Assembly: GCA_965223335.1 (NCBI GenBank)
Contig: OZ244991.1
Location: forward strand, 2,176,001 to 2,240,000
Length of the DNA: 64,000 nt
Source of the DNA: Thermodesulfobacteriota bacterium
GTDB taxonomy: Bacteria; Desulfobacterota_D; UBA1144; Nemesobacterales; UBA2774
Direction: 5' to 3'
Shown here: positions 10,165 to 19,743 of the stretch, one piece after another
How the letters are laid out: each line of letters starts with the position of its first letter
Position numbering within the stretch: the first letter of the stretch is position 1
The notes under the pieces: model-generated
What the model was told of the DNA's origin: nothing
The model's database searches: none
Seen by the model: the letters and a program-made list of their open reading frames with translations, nothing else
Program-made: the position numbers and the translations under genes

Positions 10165-10276
10165 CTTACCTACCCCCTTGTATTCTTGGTTTTTAGGTGA
10201 CTGACGCACCTTTGATTTGATATAGCAATCATACTATACAACAGGGTGAAATTCTCAACAATATATAGACATGTAT

Positions 10277-10858
10277 CTATGGTGAATTGCTAAGGTTATT
10301 GGTCTCGGTGCGCTGCATCACAAGCACAATTGCGATTGAGGAGAGAATTGCCGAGACCCCATAGCAGTATATGCCGGGCTCGGCCCTGAATGTGAAGTTA
10401 AACCCCTTGGCCTTAAACATCACAATTATAAAAGCCACTATGAACACATCGGCCATGGACCACTTTGAAACATAGCCAAGTGACTTGACCACGCGGTTAT
10501 GGAAGGTGGGTGAGCTCCGGTTATAGGGCAGCATGGCGAGCGAGCAGAGTATGATCTTGAGTGCGGGGAAAAAGACCGAGAAGAGCAGTATCAGTACACC
10601 AAGGAATATATTGTCGTCTTCGAAAAGGGATTTGATTATGCCCAGCAGGTACTGGTCGCCGGTGGGGATCTTGCCCTTTTTTATTATCCACTGCTCAAGT
10701 TCGTTGTGGAGCCCAAACAGATTGGGGATCCAGTCGGGGAAGTCCACCTGGAAGTCCGAGCTTATAAACGGGTAGTAAAACGCTCCGGCCAATAGCACCG
10801 TGGCACCGAGGAGGATTGCGATGGCGAGTACGGTGAGTGTGCCTCTGTCTTTTATCAT
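10277..10858 (-). CDS. Paraquat-inducible protein A (PqiA) domain membrane protein
   Basis: FSVFFPALK and KWSMADVF motifs. Confidence 0.85.
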   Translation of the reverse strand: MIKDRGTLTVLAIAILLGATVLLAGAFYYPFISSDFQVDFPDWIPNLFGLHNELEQWIIKKGKIPTGDQYLLGIIKSLFEDDNIFLGVLILLFSVFFPALKIILCSLAMLPYNRSSPTFHNRVVKSLGYVSKWSMADVFIVAFIIVMFKAKGFNFTFRAEPGIYCYGVSAILSSIAIVLVMQRTETNNLSNSP

Positions 10859-10888
10859 CGGGGAACTATTGTAACCGATATAGTTTAA

Positions 10889-12346
10889 TTAATTCGATAA
10901 CAGTGAGTCGATAAGGTAGTGGTCTTTTTTGTCGGCCAGAACAAGGAGCTTGTCGCCCTCTTTAATTATGGTGGCACCGTTGGGCACAATCGTGCCTGTG
11001 CCGCGTGTGATGAGCATTATAAGTGAGTCACGGGGAAGGCCGAGCTCAACGACCTGTTTCCCACCAAGCTCGCTCCCCTCTTTTATCTCGAACTCGGTCA
11101 TCTCGCGCTCGCTCTGGGGCGGCAGTTCGAAATCGAGCTGGGTTTTGTGCTCGTCGGTCCCGGGCTCTTTCACGCCCAGCCAATCGGCTAGGAAGTGAAT
11201 AGTGGTGCCCTGGATCAACACAGACGTGATCACAATAAAAAACACAAGGTTAAACACCGCATTAGAACCCTCTATGCCGGCGAGCACGGGGAATGTGGCA
11301 AGTATAATCGGCACGGCTCCCCTTAGCCCCACAAGTGATACAAACCCCTTTTCCTTGGTGCTTAGCCCGCTTGGGATAAGGGATATGAACACGCTAAGGG
11401 GCCTCGCGATAAAGATCAAAAAGAGCGAGATCAATAGTGCCGTGCCCATTACGGGTACCAAGTCCGAGGGAAACACAAGGAGCCCGAGTATAAGGAACAT
11501 CATGATCTGCATGAGCCACGCAAGCCCGTCGTGAAAGCGTGTGAGGCTGTGTTTGTGGACAAATGAGCTGCCCCCAAGCATAAGCCCCGCGATGTATACG
11601 GCAAGAAACCCGCTGCCCCCAATCACAGTGGTCACCCCGTATGTAAAGAGCACAAGGGTGAGCATGAGCACTGGGTAAAGCCCCTCGAACTCAAGGCGGA
11701 TCCGGTTGGTAATAAACGTCATGGCCCTGCCCATTGTGTATCCCGCCAGAGCCCCTATAGCTAGCTGGCGCAGGAGTAAAAAGACCATCCAGAGCCATGA
11801 GGTCTCGGGCACAAGTAGCATCTCGATAAACCCTATGGTGAGTATGACGGCCATGGGGTCGTTACTGCCGGATTCGAACTCAAGCAGCTGTTTTAGGTGG
11901 TCTTTTAGCCGGGTGCGCCCCGAGCTCATTACAGAGAACACTACCGCAGCGTCTGTGGACGACACTATGGCCCCAAGCAAAAGCCCGCCTATAATAGAAA
12001 AATCAAACAGGAACGAGGCAAACACACCCACGAGTGCCGCGGTAATGAACACTCCCACTGTAGAGAGTGTGACGCCGCTGCGAAACACAGGGCGCACCTG
12101 GGCCAAGCTTGAGTGAAGCCCGCCCGAGAATATGATGTATACGAGTGCCAGCACCCCAAGCATCTGGGCTAGCCAAGGGTTGTTGAACTCTATCCTTCCC
12201 GGCCCCTCAGAGCCCGCGATCATGCCCACAACCAAAAAGATGAGCAGAGCCGGGACCCTTATCTTGGACGCAGCCTTGCTCGCAAACACGCTTAGAAGCA
12301 ATAGTACCGAGGCACCGAGCAGTATGAGTTCTATGGATCTGTCCAC
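10889..12346 (-). CDS. cvrA: K+/H+ antiporter (CvrA/NhaP2) with C-terminal TrkA-C domain
   Basis: SSTDAAVVF, ESGSNDPMA, GLRGAVPIILA. Confidence 0.92.
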   Translation of the reverse strand: MDRSIELILLGASVLLLLSVFASKAASKIRVPALLIFLVVGMIAGSEGPGRIEFNNPWLAQMLGVLALVYIIFSGGLHSSLAQVRPVFRSGVTLSTVGVFITAALVGVFASFLFDFSIIGGLLLGAIVSSTDAAVVFSVMSSGRTRLKDHLKQLLEFESGSNDPMAVILTIGFIEMLLVPETSWLWMVFLLLRQLAIGALAGYTMGRAMTFITNRIRLEFEGLYPVLMLTLVLFTYGVTTVIGGSGFLAVYIAGLMLGGSSFVHKHSLTRFHDGLAWLMQIMMFLILGLLVFPSDLVPVMGTALLISLFLIFIARPLSVFISLIPSGLSTKEKGFVSLVGLRGAVPIILATFPVLAGIEGSNAVFNLVFFIVITSVLIQGTTIHFLADWLGVKEPGTDEHKTQLDFELPPQSEREMTEFEIKEGSELGGKQVVELGLPRDSLIMLITRGTGTIVPNGATIIKEGDKLLVLADKKDHYLIDSLLSN

Positions 12347-12500
12347 ATCGTCCCCTTTTTACCGGTCTGGGCCGAGTGTTATGGCCCCGTAGATAACGTC
12401 ATCTTATTATTACACGAGTGAGGGGGGATACTCAAAATATTTTAGTTTGAAGTAAAGAAGAAGGCGGCGGGGTGGTTAATTATTGGACGTAAACGGCAAT

Positions 12501-12533
12501 AAAAAAGGCGGCCCTTTTGGAGCCGCCTTTTTT
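12501..12533 (-). terminator. Intrinsic terminator of pnt operon (bidirectional form)
   Basis: AAAAAAGGCGGC..GCCGCCTTTTTT. Confidence 0.85.
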
Positions 12534-12555
12534 GAAATGTAGAAATATCCAATAC

Positions 12556-13962
12556 CTACATCTCCTTTAAACTTTTAACCATCTCTTCTACCATTTTTTT
12601 GCCGTCGCCAAAGAGCATTAGCGTGTTGTCGGCTGCAAAAAGCGGGTTGGGAATCCCGGCAAACCCGGGGCTAAGGCTGCGCTTTATCACGACAACGGTT
12701 TTGGATTTGTCGACGTCTAGTATAGGCATGCCGGCTATGACGCTGTCCGGGTCTGTGCGTGCGACGGGGTTTACCACATCATTGGCACCTATGATTATCG
12801 ACATATCGATCTGTTTGAACTCTGGGTTGATATCGTCCATGTCTTTTAGGCGGTCGTAGGGGATATCGGCCTCTGCCAAAAGAACGTTCATGTGCCCGGG
12901 CATACGTCCCGCTACGGGGTGTACACCGAAGTCTACAGTGGTGCCCCTGGACTCGAGCAGGTCGAACAGGTCGCGCACAGCGTGCTGTGCCTGGGCCACG
13001 GCCATCCCGTATCCGGGTACAACTGCAATGTGTCTGGCACCGTCTAGCAGCATCGCTACGTCGTCAGGTGAGGCTGCTGTGACCTTCCCGGCGTAGACGT
13101 CGTCGGCTGAAGGGCCGCCCTCGGCTGCACCAAACGCACCGAACAGCACATCGGTAAGCGAGCGGTTCATTGCCTTACACATAATTATGGTAAGGATGAT
13201 CCCCGAGGCCCCAACGAGTGTACCGGCTACGATCAAAATGTTGTTGAACAGTATGAACCCGGTGGCTGCCGCAGCGAGCCCCGAGAACGAGTTAAGTAGT
13301 GCGATAACAACCGGCATGTCGGCCCCGCCAATAGGTATGACAAAAAGCACACCGAGCACAGAAGCCACGATTACCATAAACCAGAACAGCCCTGTGGAGT
13401 CGGGCGACTGGGCCATCAGGATGCCGAGTATTACGAGTAGAACCGCAAGCGCGACTTTAACGTACTGGTCAAAGGCGTAGCGCACGGGTGTCTCTTTGGT
13501 AAGTCCCTGGAGCTTGGCAAACGCTATGAGGCTGCCCCAAAAAGTCACGGCCCCTATAAGGCCCGATGCAAATGTAGATACAGAGAACTGTGTGTTTAGG
13601 ATGCCTGCGGAGGAGGTGCCATTTTGGAGCACTATAGCCTCTGAGAGTGCCGCACCCGCTACGAGTACCGAAGCCGAGCCCCCAAACCCGTTAAAGAGAG
13701 CTACCAATTGGGGCATATCGGTCATCTTTATTTTTATGGCCAACGCCGCACCTATGACCGCACCTATCACAAACCCAAAGAGTATGAACTTGTAGCCTAT
13801 GATGTGCTGGTCTAGGAGCGTGACCACAATGGCTAGGAGCATTCCCAATGCGCCTAGTATGTTGCCCCTTACTGCTGTGCGTGGGTGTGATAGCCCTTTT
13901 AGTCCGAATATAAACAGACAGGCCGAAACAAGGTATAGGATTGTTACGAGTTCAGATGACAT
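12556..13962 (-). CDS. pntB: NAD(P) transhydrogenase beta subunit
   Basis: GGADMPVVIALLNS, PGYGMAVAQAQH, HPVAGRMPGHMNVLLAEA. Confidence 0.97.
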   Translation of the reverse strand: MSSELVTILYLVSACLFIFGLKGLSHPRTAVRGNILGALGMLLAIVVTLLDQHIIGYKFILFGFVIGAVIGAALAIKIKMTDMPQLVALFNGFGGSASVLVAGAALSEAIVLQNGTSSAGILNTQFSVSTFASGLIGAVTFWGSLIAFAKLQGLTKETPVRYAFDQYVKVALAVLLVILGILMAQSPDSTGLFWFMVIVASVLGVLFVIPIGGADMPVVIALLNSFSGLAAAATGFILFNNILIVAGTLVGASGIILTIIMCKAMNRSLTDVLFGAFGAAEGGPSADDVYAGKVTAASPDDVAMLLDGARHIAVVPGYGMAVAQAQHAVRDLFDLLESRGTTVDFGVHPVAGRMPGHMNVLLAEADIPYDRLKDMDDINPEFKQIDMSIIIGANDVVNPVARTDPDSVIAGMPILDVDKSKTVVVIKRSLSPGFAGIPNPLFAADNTLMLFGDGKKMVEEMVKSLKEM

Positions 13963-13965
13963 TTG

Positions 13966-14247
13966 TTAGTCCTTTTTCTTAAACATCTCCAACATTCGAT
14001 TTGTGACCATGAATCCCCCGACTACGTTTATGGTAGCGAGTATGACTGCCAAAACCCCGAGTGTGGTAGTAAGCCATGTGACCTGTTGGCCTGCGGATAG
14101 TATGGCACCGATGAGGATAATCCCGGAGATGGCGTTTGAGCCCGACATAAGGGGGGTGTGCAGAGTCGGAGGCACTTTGGTGATGACCTCAAACCCAACA
14201 AACGCCGCCAGTACAAATATTGTAAGCACTATTGCAAAGCTTTCCAT
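13966..14247 (-). CDS. pntAB: NAD(P) transhydrogenase alpha subunit part 2 (membrane)
   Basis: VPPTLHTPLMSGSNAISG, NVVGGFMVTNRMLEMF. Confidence 0.95.
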   Translation of the reverse strand: MESFAIVLTIFVLAAFVGFEVITKVPPTLHTPLMSGSNAISGIILIGAILSAGQQVTWLTTTLGVLAVILATINVVGGFMVTNRMLEMFKKKD

Positions 14248-14282
14248 ATGTCTATTCCCTCCCCGGCACTTGGTCAAGCGTA

Positions 14283-15431
14283 TTAAAGCCCGAACGTCTC
14301 CTTTATTCTTTCATTAACGATTTTCCCGCCCTCTGTGACGAGTGTATCGCGTATTATTTCATCTTCTTTGTCGATCTCTAGTTTTTCTTCTTTAACCATG
14401 AGTGTGAGCAGGTTGCACAGGTTTTTGGAGTACATCTGGCTCGCGTGGTACGGGACTGTGGACGGTACATTTACAGGGCCTATTATGTGCACACCGTTGT
14501 GGTCAACTGTTTTTCCGGCCTCGGTAAGGCTGCAGTTGCCACCCTGCTCTGCCGCTAGGTCTATAATCACTGAGCCCGGCTTCATGGCGTTGAGCATCTC
14601 TTCGGTTACAAGTGTGGGGGCCTGTTTGCCCGGCACGGCCGCCGTGGTTATGACGGTGTCGTGCTCGGCCAGTACCTTTGCCATAAGCTCCCTTTGCTTT
14701 TTATAGAACTCCTCGTCCATGGCTTTGGCGTAACCGCCCTTGTCCTCGGCCTCGCCGGTCTCTAGCTCAAGCTCCACGAACTTTGCTCCAAGGCTCTCGA
14801 CCTGTTCTTTAACCGCAGGTCTTATGTCGTAGGCCGACACAACTGCACCCAGTCGGTTACATGTGGCAATGGCCTGAAGCCCCGCCACCCCAGCACCTAT
14901 CACCAACACCTTGGCAGGTGTGATAGTGCCGGCAGCGGTCATCATCATGGGGAACATTTTCGTATGTTTCTCGGCCGCTATTAGTGCGGCTTTGTAGCCT
15001 GCGATATTGGCCTGTGATGAGAGCACATCCATGCTCTGAGCCCTTGTGATCCTGGGCACAAGCTCCATGGCAAATGTGCTTGCCTTTGTGTTGGACAAGC
15101 TCTTGGCGATCTCGGGATTTGATAGCGGGTCGAGCAACCCGATCACTATCTGGCCGTCGCGAAGCATCTCGAGGTCTTTGGCATCACCCTTGGGATCAGA
15201 GCCCGTAGCATGTACCTGGAGTATGACGTCGGCTTTGCCAAACACGTTTTTGCGCGTGGCAATCTTTACACCCTCTTCCTCGTACATAGCGTCGGTGAAC
15301 CCGGCACTCTCGCCTGCCCCTTTCTCTATCTTTACCACAAACCCCGCTTTTTGAAGCGATGGAACGTGGCTGGGTACGAGTGCCACCCTCATTTCCCCCG
15401 GACGTTTTTCTTTAGTGACTCCGACTATCAT
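14283..15431 (-). CDS. pntAA: NAD(P) transhydrogenase alpha subunit part 1 (NAD-binding)
   Basis: PRITRAQSMDVLSSQANIAGY, GAGVAGLQA, GGYAK. Confidence 0.97.
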   Translation of the reverse strand: MIVGVTKEKRPGEMRVALVPSHVPSLQKAGFVVKIEKGAGESAGFTDAMYEEEGVKIATRKNVFGKADVILQVHATGSDPKGDAKDLEMLRDGQIVIGLLDPLSNPEIAKSLSNTKASTFAMELVPRITRAQSMDVLSSQANIAGYKAALIAAEKHTKMFPMMMTAAGTITPAKVLVIGAGVAGLQAIATCNRLGAVVSAYDIRPAVKEQVESLGAKFVELELETGEAEDKGGYAKAMDEEFYKKQRELMAKVLAEHDTVITTAAVPGKQAPTLVTEEMLNAMKPGSVIIDLAAEQGGNCSLTEAGKTVDHNGVHIIGPVNVPSTVPYHASQMYSKNLCNLLTLMVKEEKLEIDKEDEIIRDTLVTEGGKIVNERIKETFGL

Positions 15432-15605
15432 CTATTCCGTATACCCCTCTCTCCAACTTAAAAGCCCAACAAATATATCATAAAAAATTCATATGTGAAT
15501 ATCTCTACGATAAAGCTCGAAGAGCAAATTAATTTATCAATAAAGCGGGTGGAATGCAAATATATGCGGTTTGTTTATATAGCGCGTGAGTTGCTAAGCT
15601 GTGAC

Positions 15606-16034
15606 TTAGCTCCTAAACAAAGGCCCGGGTGCCTTGCCCTCGGCATAGCCCTTAAGGCGCCCCATGAGCTCGGCCCATGTCCTGTCGCAGAGCGAGTAGA
15701 TGCCCTTGACCGACTGCCAATCGGCATGAACAAACTGAAGCAGCGTGTAGCCGTTATCTATCTCTTCTAGAAAGAAGCATACTCGCGTGCCCTTCCACTC
15801 GTCGGGACCCCCGGTGCATGTCCACTCAACCATGTTGGGTTTGTCTAGTTTGTCTATGTGCATCTCGAAAACGGTCTGGCGGTTATTAAAACCGAACACT
15901 GCGGTCGAACCCTCGATAGGTTCAGCAGTGGAGTCGGAAGTCCACCAGCTTCTAAGACCCTTTTGCTCGGTGATGGCTCTGTAAACAATATCGGAGTGAG
16001 CCTGGATTGTGGTTTCGTGACGTATAGTGTGCAT
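15606..16034 (-). CDS. SRPBCC/AHSA1 domain protein
   Basis: VYRAITEQKGLRSWW, EWKGT, C-terminal helix. Confidence 0.85.
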   Translation of the reverse strand: MHTIRHETTIQAHSDIVYRAITEQKGLRSWWTSDSTAEPIEGSTAVFGFNNRQTVFEMHIDKLDKPNMVEWTCTGGPDEWKGTRVCFFLEEIDNGYTLLQFVHADWQSVKGIYSLCDRTWAELMGRLKGYAEGKAPGPLFRS

Positions 16035-16087
16035 GTGATTACTTCCCGTGGTCCTTGATTAGTTTCTGTATTAGATGATCTTTGCTG

Positions 16088-16465
16088 TTAGCTCGATTGA
16101 GGCCCGGACTCCATGAGTTTCCTAAGCTCCGTGGCATCGAACACCACCCTAAGCTCCTTTATCTTGCCGTCTACCACCTTTAAGTACTCCACCGTGCGTA
16201 TAGTGCCGGCGGGGCTTGTGGTCACACAATCGTACATGAGCATGGCTTCGTTGCCGTCTACAAAACTCCTTAGCAGCTCTACGCTCTGGAGTATGGCGCT
16301 GAATTTGCGAAGTGCACCCAAGAGCTCTTCTTTTGACTGAAACTCATCGATACTGCCCAGAAAGTCCAGTTCGTCGTGCAGGTACTCTCCAGCTTTATCG
16401 ACATCGCCTCGGGTCCAGGCGCTAAAGTATGCATGTACAATATTGTTGGTTGTGGGATTGCTCAT
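16088..16465 (-). CDS. SnoaL-like / NTF2 family protein
   Basis: YFSAWTRGD..LHDELDF, VVDGKIKELRVVFD. Confidence 0.85.
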   Translation of the reverse strand: MSNPTTNNIVHAYFSAWTRGDVDKAGEYLHDELDFLGSIDEFQSKEELLGALRKFSAILQSVELLRSFVDGNEAMLMYDCVTTSPAGTIRTVEYLKVVDGKIKELRVVFDATELRKLMESGPQSS

Positions 16466-16534
16466 TTTCCTGGATCGGTATAGGCTTTAACTGCTCGTCT
16501 GCCCTGAGGAAACAGTATGATGGCTACGGGGGGG

Positions 16535-16954
16535 TTATTCAATAGTTTTTTCTAGATTTTCCAAACAGCCCTTCCACCCGGTTTGGTGGTCGTCGAACAG
16601 TTCGTTGGTAGGGAGGAAGTCGTGGGTGAGTGTGATCTCTGTGTCCTCGCCGATCTCGTCGAACTCTATAGAGACCACAGTGCCCCGGACAAAATCGGTG
16701 TTCCATGTGAACGAGAGCTTCATAGGGGGGACTATCTGCTGGTAGTAGCCCAGGTGGGTGTGCATTGTGCCGTCGGGGGAGTATAGTTTTATCGTATAGC
16801 TGCGGCCTTCTTTTAAATCGTTTGTGACCTCTACTTTCCAGTCTTTGTCGGGATAGAACCACTTGGACATGATTTCAGGGTTGGTAAATGCCTCGAACAC
16901 TTTTTCTCGTGGAGCTTTAATTATACGTTTGATGACAACCTGATTAGCATTCAT
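16535..16954 (-). CDS. SRPBCC/AHSA1 domain protein
   Basis: APREKVFEAFT..KWF, KLSFTW, HQTGW. Confidence 0.88.
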   Translation of the reverse strand: MNANQVVIKRIIKAPREKVFEAFTNPEIMSKWFYPDKDWKVEVTNDLKEGRSYTIKLYSPDGTMHTHLGYYQQIVPPMKLSFTWNTDFVRGTVVSIEFDEIGEDTEITLTHDFLPTNELFDDHQTGWKGCLENLEKTIE

Positions 16955-16985
16955 ATATATAATTCCTCGTATCTTCGTCTTATTT

Positions 16986-17318
16986 TTACTCGTTCTCTTT
17001 TAGGAAGTACTCTTCCAGGGCATCGAGTCTTGATTCCCAGAACCTGGTCCAGTGGCTGATTAAATTTGAGATCAGCTCTATCTTTTTGATGTTGACCTTA
17101 CATTGTTTTTCTTTCCCATGTCGCTCTTGTAGTAGAAGCCCGGTGTTCACTAGAACCTTGATGTGTTTGGATACAGCCTGCGGGGTCATGTCGTATTTAG
17201 CAGCGAGTTGTTTTACAGTAAGATCGCCTTTGGTCAGTTCGGTTATGATGCTCCTGCGGGTGGGGTTGGAAAGAGCATGAAAAACCGAGTCAATGTCTTG
17301 GAGCTGATACTCAACCAT
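16986..17318 (-). CDS. ArsR/SmtB family transcriptional regulator
   Basis: VFHALSNPTRRSI, AVSKHIKVL, FWESRLDALE; heads the SRPBCC operon; start moved to MVEY. Confidence 0.9.
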   Translation of the reverse strand: MVEYQLQDIDSVFHALSNPTRRSIITELTKGDLTVKQLAAKYDMTPQAVSKHIKVLVNTGLLLQERHGKEKQCKVNIKKIELISNLISHWTRFWESRLDALEEYFLKENE

Positions 17319-17324
17319 CCGGTT
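17313..17324. promoter_or_regulatory. Putative ArsR autoregulatory operator overlapping its start codon
   Basis: AACC-n4-GGTT dyad spanning the ATG; no obvious RBS upstream. Confidence 0.5.
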
Positions 17325-17681
17325 TATATTAATAATAAAGAATTCGATTGTCAATTAAATTATTATATCAGCCTGTAACTGGTTGTAATTATTGAGTATG
17401 TTGTGGGCGGATTGTATGACCAAGTGTGCTTATTTCTTAATAAACATGCATAAACCTTAACACTGCTTTCCAAAAATGACAATATCCTAGATCCAAATGC
17501 GAGAATCATGCCATATTTTGTGATTAACTAGTATTTGTTCAATGTCTTGTATACGTAACTAGTCTCGGTTTGGATTTGTTAAAAAGAAGCAATAAAGCTA
17601 GGGAGCTACTCAAAATCCGCAATTGTGGGTATAATCGAGTTTATATTAATCCCATAGTACAAAGAGACTGATTACTTTGTT

Positions 17682-18524
17682 ATGAAAGAATTGCTTATGA
17701 AACACGCAACCTTGCTTGTACTGATAATATTCGGTTCTGTTTGCAGTGCGGGGGCCGAGACCTATGCCGTGGGCAAGCGAAGCGAATCAATCGGCTACTA
17801 CACGGCGGGGTGCATACGAAACTCGGTGGCGCTGCCCACCGAGGGCCCCGGGTACCAGGTCATAAGGCTCGGGCGGGGCCGCTACTATGCTCACCCAGAG
17901 ATGGTGGATTACATCGCCGGGCTTAGTGCCAAGGTAAAAGAGCGGCTTGGTGGGTTACTACTCATAGCTGATATATCACAGTATACAGGCGGGCCCATGC
18001 CCGACGACCACTCGAGTCACCAAATCGGGCTTGACGCCGATATTTTATTTTGGCAGCACCCCGTGGCCAAAGTGAGAACACTCAAAACCCCAGAGAGGGA
18101 GACCATACACCCGAGGTCGGTGCTCACTGCTAATAAGTACGGGATCGACGATACAAAATGGAAGAGTGTTCACGGACAGATCCTATACCTGGCCGCTTCG
18201 GACCCCAGGGTGGACAGAATATTTGTTAACCCGCTTATCAAGCAGAGGCTATGCGAGTGGTACGGGGGGCAGCAGTGGCTGGGCAAGATCCGCCCTTGGT
18301 ACGGGCACGACGGCCACTTCCATGTGCGGCTCGGCTGCCCCGAGGGTAACGGGTTATGCGAGCCGCAAAAACCGATCAATTCATCAGGTGACGGGTGTGG
18401 TGAGGAGCTTATGGCGTGGTTTACTACAGACGGGAAGCAAAAGGAGAGGAAAAAGTCCAAGCCCAAAAAGCAGCGCGAACTGCCCGCTCAGTGTAAGGCC
18501 ATAATGGACGGCGGTATTTATTAG
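17682..18524 (+). CDS. mepA: Penicillin-insensitive murein endopeptidase MepA-like
   Basis: SIGYYTAGC, HSSHQIGLDADI, RPWYGHDGHFHVRLGCP. Confidence 0.92.
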   Translation: MKELLMKHATLLVLIIFGSVCSAGAETYAVGKRSESIGYYTAGCIRNSVALPTEGPGYQVIRLGRGRYYAHPEMVDYIAGLSAKVKERLGGLLLIADISQYTGGPMPDDHSSHQIGLDADILFWQHPVAKVRTLKTPERETIHPRSVLTANKYGIDDTKWKSVHGQILYLAASDPRVDRIFVNPLIKQRLCEWYGGQQWLGKIRPWYGHDGHFHVRLGCPEGNGLCEPQKPINSSGDGCGEELMAWFTTDGKQKERKKSKPKKQRELPAQCKAIMDGGIY

Positions 18525-18588
18525 GGCTGCTAGAGTACCAAAGCCACACACTCTATATAAACCTTTAGGAACTTACGCCCAGATATAT

Positions 18589-19725
18589 CTATTTCGGAAG
18601 CTCGAAATCTTCTAAGATTTCAATGACCTCGTCCACTGTGTCGGCGATGCTGATCAAACTGCCGTATTCGCGGTCGGCCGAGATCTGTTTTAGTACGGGA
18701 TAGATGGGTTTTTCACGGGTCCAGTAGTCTTTGCCGAAGAACACCATGGGGCTCATCACACCGGCGGTCTTGTAGCGGTTTTGCGCCGCGTCCTGAAATA
18801 TTTCCTGTATCGTACCGATATTGCCCGGTGAAAATACGACCCCGTGTTTAGCAACGGCAAGAAGCCCGTCCTCGCGCACGCTGTTTGCAAAATACTTGGC
18901 TATGTGTGTGGCAAAAATCGTAGGGGGCTCGTGGCCGTAGAGCCATGTGGGCACACCCATGCTAACGGGCAGTGTTGAGTCGGTGTTGGGTACTAGGGGG
19001 AATCGAGCTTTTACACAGAGTGCGGTCTCTATCCACTCGTACTTGGGTTTATAATGAGGGGCATCGGAGAGGATCGACACACCTTCTAGAAGCTCATCTT
19101 GTGAGCGGTTAGTAAACCACGCACCCAGGTGTGTGGCCTCCATTGCTCCTGGCCCTCCCCCGCTGGTCATTAGGTAGCCCCTCTCGGTAAGCTTTTTTGA
19201 GAGTGTGGCAACTTGGGTGAATTCGGGGTCGGTGCGCTTTATTGAGTGCCCACCCATTACCGCGACTACCTTGTGCTCGAATAGGAGTTCTTCCACGGCG
19301 TCTGTGATGGCGTGGTCATGGAGCCGGCGTGCGAGGGTCTCCATAATGCTTGGGGGCTCGGGACCGCCGGTGCGCATGTAGTGGTTGTACACTCGTACAT
19401 CGAACATGTTGTGTATGGTGTCGGGGTTGTGGGGTTCGTAGCCCTCTATTAGCTCCTCGGGCGAGTAAAGGGAGTTACGGTAGGAGTTAAAGGGTTTGGA
19501 GTTTAGCTTGGGGAACACGAGGGCTCCTTTCTCGAGTGCGTCGTCAGTGGACTCGGGGGTGAGAGTGCATCCCAGGAAAATGGAGTTCTCGAGCGCAGAG
19601 GATCTGAGGACTTCTGTGTGGCCACGGAGGTCAAGGCCCTGGAACACCACGTTTCTAAGGCACTTGCCCTCTTTTATGTGGCGCTCTAGGTGCTCGATGG
19701 ATTCGAATTCGATGAAGTTTATCAT
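18589..19725 (-). CDS. LOG/SLOG-superfamily Rossmann-fold nucleotide-binding protein with N-terminal extension
   Basis: MGGH, SGGGPGAMEA, PGNIGTIQEIFQD. Confidence 0.8.
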   Translation of the reverse strand: MINFIEFESIEHLERHIKEGKCLRNVVFQGLDLRGHTEVLRSSALENSIFLGCTLTPESTDDALEKGALVFPKLNSKPFNSYRNSLYSPEELIEGYEPHNPDTIHNMFDVRVYNHYMRTGGPEPPSIMETLARRLHDHAITDAVEELLFEHKVVAVMGGHSIKRTDPEFTQVATLSKKLTERGYLMTSGGGPGAMEATHLGAWFTNRSQDELLEGVSILSDAPHYKPKYEWIETALCVKARFPLVPNTDSTLPVSMGVPTWLYGHEPPTIFATHIAKYFANSVREDGLLAVAKHGVVFSPGNIGTIQEIFQDAAQNRYKTAGVMSPMVFFGKDYWTREKPIYPVLKQISADREYGSLISIADTVDEVIEILEDFELPK

Positions 19726-19743
19726 AGGCCGGGTCTCGGGGGT

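Noticed and set aside
12556..15431. Split pntA (and split transketolase at 32476-34324) as frameshifted pseudogenes
   Set aside because: Both split forms are common natural architectures with intact starts and stops
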